Assembly (NCBI GenBank): GCA_000697335.1
Contig: JNEM01013035.1
Location: forward strand, 1-35,514
Length of the DNA stretch: 35,514 nucleotides
DNA from: Conidiobolus incongruus B7586
Lineage: Eukaryota
Reading direction: 5' to 3'
Shown: one piece after another, positions 13,408 to 23,112 of the stretch
How the letters are laid out: each line of letters opens with the position of its first letter
Position numbering within the stretch: the first letter of the stretch is position 1
Program-made: the position numbers and the translations under genes
Notes under the pieces: generated by a model
Databases searched by the model: none
The model's input: only the letters and a program-made list of their open reading frames with translations
What the model was told of the DNA's origin: nothing

Positions 13408-14760
13408 TATAATTTAGTTATAATTTTGGAATAATGTTACAAATAGTACTTATATCTATTGAATGGTTAAATTGTGCATTCAAGTGAATTATAAAAATGC
13501 TTAATTATGTTTACAAATTAAGTACCTTAATTAACCAATATTTAAAATCATTTTAATTCAACCAATCTTGTGGGATTTCAATCAATCATTTTATTCCCAG
13601 AATAACAATAAATATTATTATAATCATATTAAAAACAAATTGTTTATTTAACTATTATTATATACAATAGTTAATATTCAAACGACTATAATTTTAGTAT
13701 TTTTTTTTAATTTTTGAACAAAGATTTCATGTAAATTTAAATAGATTTATTATCAGAAATATAATATTATGTGAATAGAATATTTCAAAATTACTACAAT
13801 GTTATTATTATTACTATTTTCTATTATTTTTTTAATCTGACGATACTATTTCTCAAAAATGTAATATTTCAATACTTGCATTATTTAACCAATTTTCCTG
13901 AAATATAGTAACCAATTGAAAGGAATTTTAAAATTCTAGCCTACAAGACTTATTCAGGGAATAGTAACTAATCCAAACAATAATCTAAAAATAAATATTT
14001 TGATTGATATATAAGATCTAGTACTAGAATCCATTTGGAATTTTCCCTATTTGGTTCGGGTAAAATCTTTATACTTGGAAAATAATAAAAATAATAATTG
14101 CTAATGAAAGATTTTCCTATATAAAATAATAATGCACTTATATTATTTTTTGATTTAATATTTAATTAATATAAATAATTTTGATTGAATCATCATCAAA
14201 GGTATAATCAATAATCAAAACAGTCAAGTAATTTATCTAAATAATTAGATCTGTTGAATAATCTTTTGAAAAGAAATTTTGGCAAGATAATTCAAGTTCC
14301 AATTGAATTTGTTTTGAAACAAAAAATATCAGATATTGAAATAAAGTAATGTTATGAATAAATAAGAATGCATTGTTATTGGGCAATTTATACAAAGGAT
14401 TTGTGTTCTGGATAGAACAAGTAAAATAGACTGTTCAGGTGGATGGATAAATTTGTTTATAACAGATGGCACTCATTAAATGGAAAAATAGGCTATCAAC
14501 GAAGGCTGCAACCACCTCCAAATTATTAATCAATGTAACTTGAGATATACAAAAAAGGTTTCAATCGGATGATTTCATACTGATGAATTCGAAAAATGAT
14601 GAATGAAAAGAGTCATTTTAGGGAGAGTTCATTAAAATTCTCATACAACAATTACAGCAATATAAATAGTGCTCAAGACTGTATAATTACCTAAATTTTT
14701 GTATAATAACAATTTTAAAAATATTAATTATCGATATTAATTTGAATTTTTTGAAACCAA

Positions 14761-14780
14761 TATATATATATATATATATA
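14761..14780. repeat. (TA)10 microsatellite just upstream of CRAL-TRIO copy A
   Basis: Uninterrupted TA run. Confidence 0.9.
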
Positions 14781-14823
14781 TTTAAAATATTAATCTATTT
14801 ACAATAATTTAATTAAATTGAAA

Positions 14824-16122
14824 ATGATGACTTCTAACGTTGTTAAAGCAAGAACTTATAATAAATTAAATTTAAATGATGAACAATTGGCCAAATTGAA
14901 GCAAGTTTGGAAGAAGGTGTTGGACAAATTTAATAATGTAGAGCCTAAGCCTGTTGAGGAGAAGAGCTCTAGCAGCAGTGGTACTTTTGGTCGTTTTAGT
15001 TTAAAGAATATGGTTAGAATGAGTAGCTCATCATCTACTACTTCAGATCTAGATCTCAAGAAATCTGGTGAAGAGTTAAGACGTAGTATGTGGAACGTCG
15101 TACAATCCGATCACCCCGATAGTCTCGTTCTTCGTTATCTAGTTGCTCGTAAATGGAACGTTGACGACGCTGTCAAAATGTTTTTAAGCTCTCTCGAATT
15201 TTTCGATAGCGATGTACTTCACAAGGTGCAAAACGAAGGTGAAAGATGTATTCAAACCAGTCAGCTCGATAGCGGCGCGTTCTATTTCCACCAAACTGAT
15301 AAGGATGGCTATTTAACTCTTTACGTTCATGCTGCCAAAAATTTCCCATCCCAATATACTCAAGATGAGCAATTGATGTATACTTTGAATATTATGATCA
15401 CTGGTTATTTGATGCTAGGTGAATTGGGTACTATTACAGTTGTATTTGATATGAATGGATTTACTATGGCCAATTTGGTAATTAAAATTTTTTCATTAAT
15501 TTTATTGAATCTAATATTTTTTTAGGATTTGAATTATATGAAAACCTTAGCTAAATTGTTAAGCGATCAATATCCTGAAACTCTCAAAAGGGTCATTGTT
15601 CACGGAGCCCCTTGGATTTTCAACAGTAAGTTTTAGTCTTAGTGTATTCATTTAATATTGTTTGTCTAACCACTGATTATTTCATTAGCCGTATGGACCA
15701 CAATTTCTGCCTTCCTCGACCCTGTCATCAAATCCAAAGTTATTTTCACCAATGGAGACGAAATCAAAGAATACATCGAAGAATCCAAATTACCTAAAGT
15801 CCTAGGTGGTTCCAATAACTATGAGTTCAAATATGTTCCACCCTCAGAAGACGAAGTCCTCATGAAAGCTAAGGATGACCAATATGAAAAATTGGCCAAA
15901 GAAAGATCTGAACTGGTTGAGGAATTTGATCGTTTGACAGCTCAATGGATTGAGAGTAACGACGCTGAACTTAAAGCCAAGAGAGATGCTGTAGCTGATC
16001 AATTAGCAGCTAATCACCAAGCCATACACCCTTATATCCACTGTAAAAACATGTATCATCGCATCGGTGTTATTACACCATATGATAATATTAGCTGGGC
16101 CCCAGTAGCCAAGACTGAATAA
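14824..16122 (+). CDS. CRAL-TRIO/Sec14-family lipid transfer protein (Csr1/Sfh2-like), tandem copy A; exons 14824-15477, 15526-15625, 15689-16122 (395 aa)
   Basis: CRAL_TRIO_N motif HPDSLVLRYLVARKWNV, then VVFDMNGFTMANLD, YPETLKRVIVHGAPWIF, FLDPVIKSKV and LPKVLGG. Introns 15478-15525 and 15626-15688 are GT..AG with CTAAT/CTAAC branch sites, and the joined frame is open. Confidence 0.92.
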
Positions 16123-16763
16123 TTACTCTTAGCGGATTGATTTCGCTAAGAATTAGTATTATTTTTGAAATTCTGTCCAAAAACTCAAGATCTCTTATAC
16201 ATTGTAATCAACATTAATATTAATAAAAATTAAAATTTTCATCTGTTTTTCTAAAGACTATTATATCTATAAATAATCATTATTTTATAATCATTCAATT
16301 TAACTACTTAATTTGATAATCAATACTATCAAAATTTTATGATTCTTAAATATTATCAGGATATTTATACTATTGAAGTTGACAGAATTCATGATTTAAT
16401 AATTTGATTTGACAATACTTTAGCTCAATACATTCTACATTAGTCTTTCTTGATGATTCTCGCAATTTTATGTATTAATAATTATGAATTTGATGAAAAT
16501 TATTTCACCAATTGCTGGTTCAAAATTTATGTAGATTGTCCATTATATCATATGTATTGTACTATTTTTCTAGTATTCATTATGATTAATATAAAGATTA
16601 ATGAATATTCCTATATACTTTCGAAACCATATTACTGAATTTTTGGTTTTTCACCTTTAAATATATTTGATGAAATATTTAGATTTGATAATAAATGCTA
16701 AACTACAATACCATTAAATTAATTTTTTTCTCTCAAATCAATGTCTCAAGAGGGTATTAAATA

Positions 16764-16785
16764 ATATATATATATATATATATAT
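16764..16785. repeat. (AT)11 microsatellite
   Basis: Uninterrupted AT run. Confidence 0.9.
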
Positions 16786-16960
16786 TGATATAAAATTGTT
16801 GAAAAGTTATTTTTTTTAACTACTTAATATTTTAGTCAGCTGAATTATAACAAAGTAATCAAAATGTATTAAAAGAATCAAATTTTGTTTAAGTTTTAAA
16901 ATATGATATCATAATGACAAATATAACCAATTCCGAATTTTTGGTTTCGAACTAACTTGA

Positions 16961-16982
16961 TATATATATATATATATATATA
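16961..16982. repeat. (TA)11 microsatellite
   Basis: Uninterrupted TA run. Confidence 0.9.
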
Positions 16983-18088
16983 TGATATCAATATTTTTCA
17001 TACCTTGAAGACTGATTGTAAATAAATTAAAAAATTAATGTAATGGAATTTAATGAAACTTCGTAATTGAAATTGAATTTGATATGTTTTAAAAATGGCG
17101 AAATAATCATCGAGAAACTCAGTATTATTGATTCCTAAATAAATTAAATTTCAAGTACCTCTTTTTCCCAATATAAATTATCGCTAATAATTATCCCATA
17201 TTTAGCATTAAACATACTATTTTATTAATGATAAAATATTCTGGTTGGAATTTATAAAGAATTGATCACCTAGTAATAATTTCCACAATAATATAGAATA
17301 ATTATATATTTATCGATTTTTTTCACAATAAATCACACAACTAAATCATTTAACAACTATTATTAAAAACAATTTTCTTATTTTTTGATCTGGATTATAT
17401 TTTCATTTCTTACTTTTATAATCAATATTATTTGTAAATAATTGGATATGGTTTCTTAGATTAAATTAAAATAGTTCTTAATTTCTGAATTTTTATATTA
17501 AAACTTTAAATTAATTTGGGTTTATTTCAAAAATTTAGTATTATTTTGAAATTGAATTAATATATCTAAATGTCATTATATACTGACAGATTTTGATTTT
17601 TATATTAATCAATATATTTTATTATAAAATGCGATTCCTTTGAAAATATCATCCATTTTATATAATGTTTATGAGGTATAAAAAAGGACTATTAGCTCTT
17701 CTTTCGAATTATTACATTTATTTAATATTGACCTATAAATATAATAATAATACATACAATATTAAATTAATTTAATATGATTATGCTTCGCTTGGATCAT
17801 CCTATTTTAAATTCAACTCAGTTTCAACTTGGGACTGTTAAGAATTTAATCACATCACCTCTATTAACCCATAAGTTTACAACAATTCTGATCATATTTT
17901 ATTTTGTGTAGTGTCAATAGCAAGAATCATAGATACCACGTGTGTGAATGCTACGTGGCTTATGGTATATATCACAAAATACCACAATTTTACTCAACTT
18001 TTTTATATAATTAAATTATTTGGATTTTGATGTCGAATATAATATTGTAAACACATTTTGATTTATTAAATTGATTTTTGAGAATAAT

Positions 18089-19377
18089 ATGATGACTTAT
18101 AACTTAGTCAAAGCTAGAACTTATAATAAATTGGAATTGGAAAAGGACCAATTAGCTATTTTGAAGCAAGTGTGGAAGAAAGTACTGAATAAGTTGAATA
18201 ATATCGAGTCAGAACCTAGCGAGGACGAAAAGAAAAATGCGAGTAATACTGGATCATTCGGCAGGTTGAGCTTGAAGAAGATGCTGAGGATGAATAATTC
18301 ATCCACGTCTGTCAACGAGTTGGAACTGAGTAAGACTGGAGACGAGTTAAAACTTAGTCTTTGGAACTTGTTGCAATCGGACCATCCCGACGCCCTCCTG
18401 ATCCGATATATCGTAGCGCGCAAATGGAATGTGGACGATGCTGCCAAAATGTTCCTAGAGTCTTTGGAGTTTTTTGACGGAGACAATTTGCGCAAGTTGC
18501 AAACTGAAGGTGAGCGATGCATCCCTAGGAGTCAATTGGATAGTGGTGCATTTTACTTCCATCAAACTGACAAAGAGGGTTATTTAACCCTCTATGTTCA
18601 CGCTGCCAAGAATTTTCCTTCCCAATATACTCAAGATGAGCAATTGATGTATACTTTGAATGTGATTACTACCAGTTATTTGATGCTCGGAGAATTGGGA
18701 ACCATTACTATTGTGTTTAATTTGAATGGGTTTACAATGGCTAATTTGGTAATTAATTTTAATATATCACTATTATCATTCTAATATTTTTATAGGATTT
18801 AAATTATATGAAAACTTTAATCCAACTATTAACTGGGAAGATACCCGAAACACTCAAGAGAGTCATTATCCATGGAGCTCCCTGGATTTTCAATAGTAAT
18901 TATCTATATGAATTCACTGTTTATGTAATTAACCATGGGTAAATAGGTGTATGGAGTATAATATCTTCATTTTTGGATCCTGTAATCAAATCCAAAGTAG
19001 TGTTCACCAATGGAGACGAAATCAAAGAATACATCGATGAAGCCAAATTACCCGTGGAATTGGGAGGATCCAATCCCTACAAATATGAATACATTCCACC
19101 TGCTGAAGGTGAGACATTATTACCTAAAGATAGTCATTATGAGCAACTAGTTCAAGATCGTAGTGAATTGGCCCAAGAATTCGAGCGTATCACCTATCAA
19201 TGGATTGAGAGTGATAATGCAGAACTCAAGTCTAAGAGAGATCAATTAGCTGACCAATTGGCGGCTAATCATCAAGCTTTGTATCCTTACATCCACTGTA
19301 AGAATATGTACCATCGACTTGGTGTGATTACTCGCTACGATCAAATCAATTGGGCATCAGTTACCAAAACTGATTAA
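18089..19377 (+). CDS. CRAL-TRIO/Sec14-family lipid transfer protein (Csr1/Sfh2-like), tandem copy B; exons 18089-18748, 18796-18895, 18947-19377 (396 aa)
   Basis: Colinear with copy A (identical block SQLDSGAFYFHQTDK.GYLTLYVHAAKNFPSQYTQDEQLMYTLN). Introns 18749-18795 and 18896-18946 are at the same codon positions and phases, and exon 2 is 100 nt in both copies. Confidence 0.92.
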
Positions 19378-19508
19378 TTATTATATATTTGATATAATAT
19401 AATCTTTAAAAATTTTTCAATTTATGATTAATATATATAACAATTATGGATAATAAACAAAGAGAATTGATGATTCCAATATTTTATTTTCCATCATTAT
19501 TGATTGAA

Positions 19509-21516
19509 TTAACTCCAGCTCTCCAACCAGAATCTCTTCTGTTTCTTCAATTGGTTCCAGAATAATTTACCATCCACTTGTTCTTTAGGGTATTTGTCAA
19601 AGATGTCAATAAGAGTGGATTCCACCTGTTTGGGCATATTATTAGATGATCTAAATATTTATTTAATACAGATATAATAGAGTATATGATGATAATGCTT
19701 ACCCGCATAAATAAATCCAAGCCCCCTTTTCAATGACTAATTCTTGGATTAAAGCTTCGTCTTTTTCTAACAAATGTTGAACATAGACTTTATTATCCTA
19801 GTCCTAAATTAATAAATTATCAAAACAATAACCATGATTAAATTACCTGATATCTTGAATATCCCACCCTATAAACCAACTTGCCATCTCTTTCTAACTG
19901 TTCAAACTCTTGCTTGTAGTACTGGTCTTTGTCAGGATGACGACAACCAAAATATAAATAATTTTCTTGAGTGTTTTGAATGTGTCTAAATTGAATTAAG
20001 CCTCGGAAGGGAGCCACTCCAAGTCCTAATTATCTTGAATGAGCTTCATTGCATTGAATAAATGTAAAATTTATACCTGGACTGATCATTATTACTGGAG
20101 TATTGGGATTGGGAGGTGCTTTCAAAGTTCCTTGAATAATCCTGACGTAAAGGTTATCCTCCTTTTGAAGCTGTTTCGATACCCACTGAGTACATACACC
20201 CGTTCTAATCGTACTCAACTTGGTCTTGTAGTGAATCACCCCAATTGCCAATTGAACCTGGTTGGGCTGGCCAGCTGAGCAATTGGCAATGGAGAAAGAT
20301 CGAGGCTTGAGAGATGGCAAGCTATCCAGCAAATACTCGAGGGGGATGGAACTATTGAAATCTGTTAACACTTCGGGGATGGTGCGCTTCACCCGATAGG
20401 TGTAGGAAAGACGATCATCCATACCTTCAGGAGTGAGCCACTCCAAAATCTTTTCTTTGATCATGTCGTCATCTGTGAAATGGTACAGATACTCGAAGAA
20501 AGTGTATTTGGGAATACTGTTGAAGTCGATGTAGTTGGTTAATAGCTGTCGTAGGGTTTTGGGTGATCTGAGGTATACAGGTACAAAGGTGTCTACAAAG
20601 CGTTAAAGAGATGTGGGATGGTTTGAAGATGATGGGTTACCTTGAGACGTAGGTTCAAACTTATACAATTGATCGGCATAAGCTTCCCATTGATTGAGTT
20701 TTATAAATTTATCAACTGACTCAGGTAGGTTCTGAGGATAGAATGAAGCGATATCACCTGGTAAAATTCTAAAAAACTTATTAATAATATAAAGGAAATA
20801 TATTAGAAATATAATTACTGAATATCGGAATCATCATACTGTAGAATCAAATGTCTACTCTCTTGAAAGTGTTCTTCCGGTGTGATCCTATCATTCTCAA
20901 TGACTTTCATATTAATCCAACCTGAATTATCATCCATGATCATATGATGTGATTGAGCATCTGATAAGGGTTTATCAATGGGAATCATCTTCCATTGGGG
21001 TGGTAAGCATGTCTCCGATGTCAAGGGAGCTTTTTCAGAAGGATAAAGTGCTTTAAGCTTCTCAAGAACACCTTCTGACCATCCCTTCAAACCACCATCA
21101 TAGCCAAGATAGTGCTGATCGTCCCCATCTCCAAACGGATATAGAGGCGTAGCACCAAGTTGACCAATTCTCTTATACAACTTCTTACCCACGACATTAT
21201 AAAGCTCATAACTAGAATCACCCAATCCGAATACACTATACTTCAACTGAGACAAAATATCCGCTGGCAGATTCTTACGCATTAAAAACTTCCAAAACTC
21301 TCTCATACTGTACGGAAACTCGCCCTGACCTGTAGTACTCGCTATGAACAGGACTATGGATTCCCGAATAAGTTCGGTCTTGTCGTATTGATCAATACTC
21401 AACACTCGGTTGGGTATATGATTACGTTGAAGCTGTCTGCTAAGACGTTCACCAACTTCTTGGCTAGTCCCTGTCTGTGTACCGTACAGGATTAGAATGC
21501 TTTGGTTCAGTGTCAT
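19509..21516 (-). CDS. TAH18: NADPH-dependent diflavin oxidoreductase 1 (Tah18/NDOR1, cytosolic Fe-S assembly electron donor); exons 21516-20819, 20768-20641, 20592-20077, 20025-19847, 19797-19703, 19650-19509 (585 aa)
   Basis: FMN domain ILILYGTQTGTS, STTGQGEFP, FWKFLMRKNLP, FGLGDSSY, GDDQHYLGYDG. FAD domain PRSFSIA and GVCT. NADPH domain PGLGVAPFRG, YFGCR, KVYVQH, IYLCG, C-terminal ESWS. No N-terminal membrane anchor, unlike cytochrome P450 reductase. Five GT-AG introns of 48-52 nt give a continuous frame. Confidence 0.93.
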
Positions 21517-21600
21517 TACAGCAGAGAACTAGTTTTAATAATTAATTGCAAAAGATAATTTATAGTAAGAGACTATAATTAAAATTTATTTATTGTTTAG

Positions 21601-21979
21601 CTTTATCAGATAAAGTTAATTATTAAGTGACTTAGTTGATTAAACCTTTGAATCTTAAATTTGAGTGTAAAATTTATGGGTTTAAATCTGATAAAGATTA
21701 AAAAAAATTTTAAGATGTAAGGGAAAATTTGAAAAAATATGGAAATAAAAAGAAAAGGATTTGTAATCAAATAAAATTGAATTGGGATTTAATGGGATTT
21801 GAATAATTATAAAAATAAAAAAAATAAATATTATTAATTAATTTAAATTTATAGTTTATTATTATAAATACTCAAATTAAAACTTAATAAATCTACAAAT
21901 AGAAAAAATTGATTAATAACAAGTTTTAATAACATATCAGAACATTAAAAACAATTATAATAATATTAAAATCAGATAA
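21601..21979. promoter_or_regulatory. Cluster of ATCWGATAA GATA-factor sites in the TAH18/WBP4 divergent promoter
   Basis: Palindrome CTTTATCAGATAAAG at 21601-21615 (a match on each strand), ATCTGATAA at 21686-21694, ATCAGATAA at 21971-21979. Confidence 0.5.
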
Positions 21980-22097
21980 AAGTTTGTCAAAGTGTCATAA
22001 TTTTTCTTCACGATTTTATCAGGTGAAGAAATTCATAAAAACATCATTTTAAAAATAATATATTATTAAAATAGCTTACCTACTCAAAAAATGTAAA

Positions 22098-22100
<3 letters not shown>

Positions 22101-22128
<28 letters not shown>
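22101..22128. repeat. (TA)14 microsatellite in the TAH18/WBP4 intergenic region
   Basis: Uninterrupted TA run. Confidence 0.9.
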
Positions 22129-22131
<3 letters not shown>

Positions 22132-22485
22132 AACAATTAAATTGTTAAATATTAGTAAATAATAATTTCCATTTTAATGGAAATATTATTTTACTAATTG
22201 GTTTGTTGGAATTAATAATTAAAAATTTCTAATTATAAAATTTATTTAAGTAAAATTATTAAATTATAAAGTTGTGGGTTTATTTAAGATTGATAATAAT
22301 TGACCCATATTATAATATTATAAAATGAATATATTTTAAATCCTGATGGTATGTGAAAATTAAGTCACTTAAAAAATTATTAATATTTAAGAGAGACTAT
22401 AATTAATACAAACATTGTTATTTGATTATTAATATCGTAATAATAAATCACTCAATATTATCAATATAACAATAATAAATAAATA

Positions 22486-23112
22486 ATGGCAGATTACTGG
22501 GTTTCTGGACAACGAATATGGTGTAAATTTTGCAGAGTATTCGTTTACGACAATAAACCAAGTCGTCAGAAGCATGATACAAGTAAGAAGCATTTGGATA
22601 ATGTCAAGAGACATCGCCAATCCGTGGATAATCGAACTACTCAGAAAATGAATCAGGATTTGGAGACCAAACGTCAGTTAGAAATGATTGAGAGGGCTGC
22701 TATGAGACAATACGTGCTGGATGGTGGTAAGGTTCCAACTCCTCAGACTACTGTAAATACAGCTCCGCCGCAACCTACAAAAGCTACAGCTGCTCCGCTT
22801 CCACCACCACCTCCACTTTCTGCCTCTGCAGCTCCCCCAGTGCCAATAGTAGGAGAGACTAAAGTGGGCGAATGGGAAGTTGTTGAAGAACCCAAAATCA
22901 ATATCATCAAACATACAGCAACTCAGGATGATGAAGAAGACGAAGATTACCAAGGAGACCCTGACGACCTAAGCAATTTTAAAATTCAAGAAAAGTCCCA
23001 ACCTAATGATGACAATGACGAAGATAATGACGCGAATGGAGGTGATATTACATTTAAAAAGAGAAAACGATCGGGTGGTGCTGGTAGGAGTACAAGGAAG
23101 AAGGTGGAGTAA
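22486..23112 (+). CDS. WBP4: U1/matrin-type C2H2 zinc-finger spliceosomal protein, WBP4/FBP21-like (208 aa, no WW domains seen)
   Basis: N-terminus MADYWVS...WCKFCRVFVYDNKPSRQKHDTSKKHLDNV matches the WBP4/FBP21 zinc finger, followed by a helix (LEMIERAAMRQY), a Pro-rich linker, GEWEVVE, an acidic tract and the FKKRK basic tail. Confidence 0.85.
   Translation: MADYWVSGQRIWCKFCRVFVYDNKPSRQKHDTSKKHLDNVKRHRQSVDNRTTQKMNQDLETKRQLEMIERAAMRQYVLDGGKVPTPQTTVNTAPPQPTKATAAPLPPPPPLSASAAPPVPIVGETKVGEWEVVEEPKINIIKHTATQDDEEDEDYQGDPDDLSNFKIQEKSQPNDDNDEDNDANGGDITFKKRKRSGGAGRSTRKKVE

Larger units (their letters stand above)
16622..17135. mobile_element. Degenerate foldback/long-TIR element relic between the CRAL-TRIO paralogs
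   Basis: Several colinear inverted blocks between about 16622-16790 and about 16985-17135, for example CCATTAAATTAATTTTTT versus reverse-complemented CCATTACATTAATTTTTT, GTCTCAAG..GGTAT versus GTCTTCAAGGTAT, and TATTACTGAATTT versus TAATACTGAGTTT. Confidence 0.4.

Noticed and set aside
14856..20278. ORFs 14856-15059 (-), 18121-18522 (-) and 20039-20278 (+)
   Set aside because: Antisense to the CRAL-TRIO or TAH18 exons; no independent evidence.
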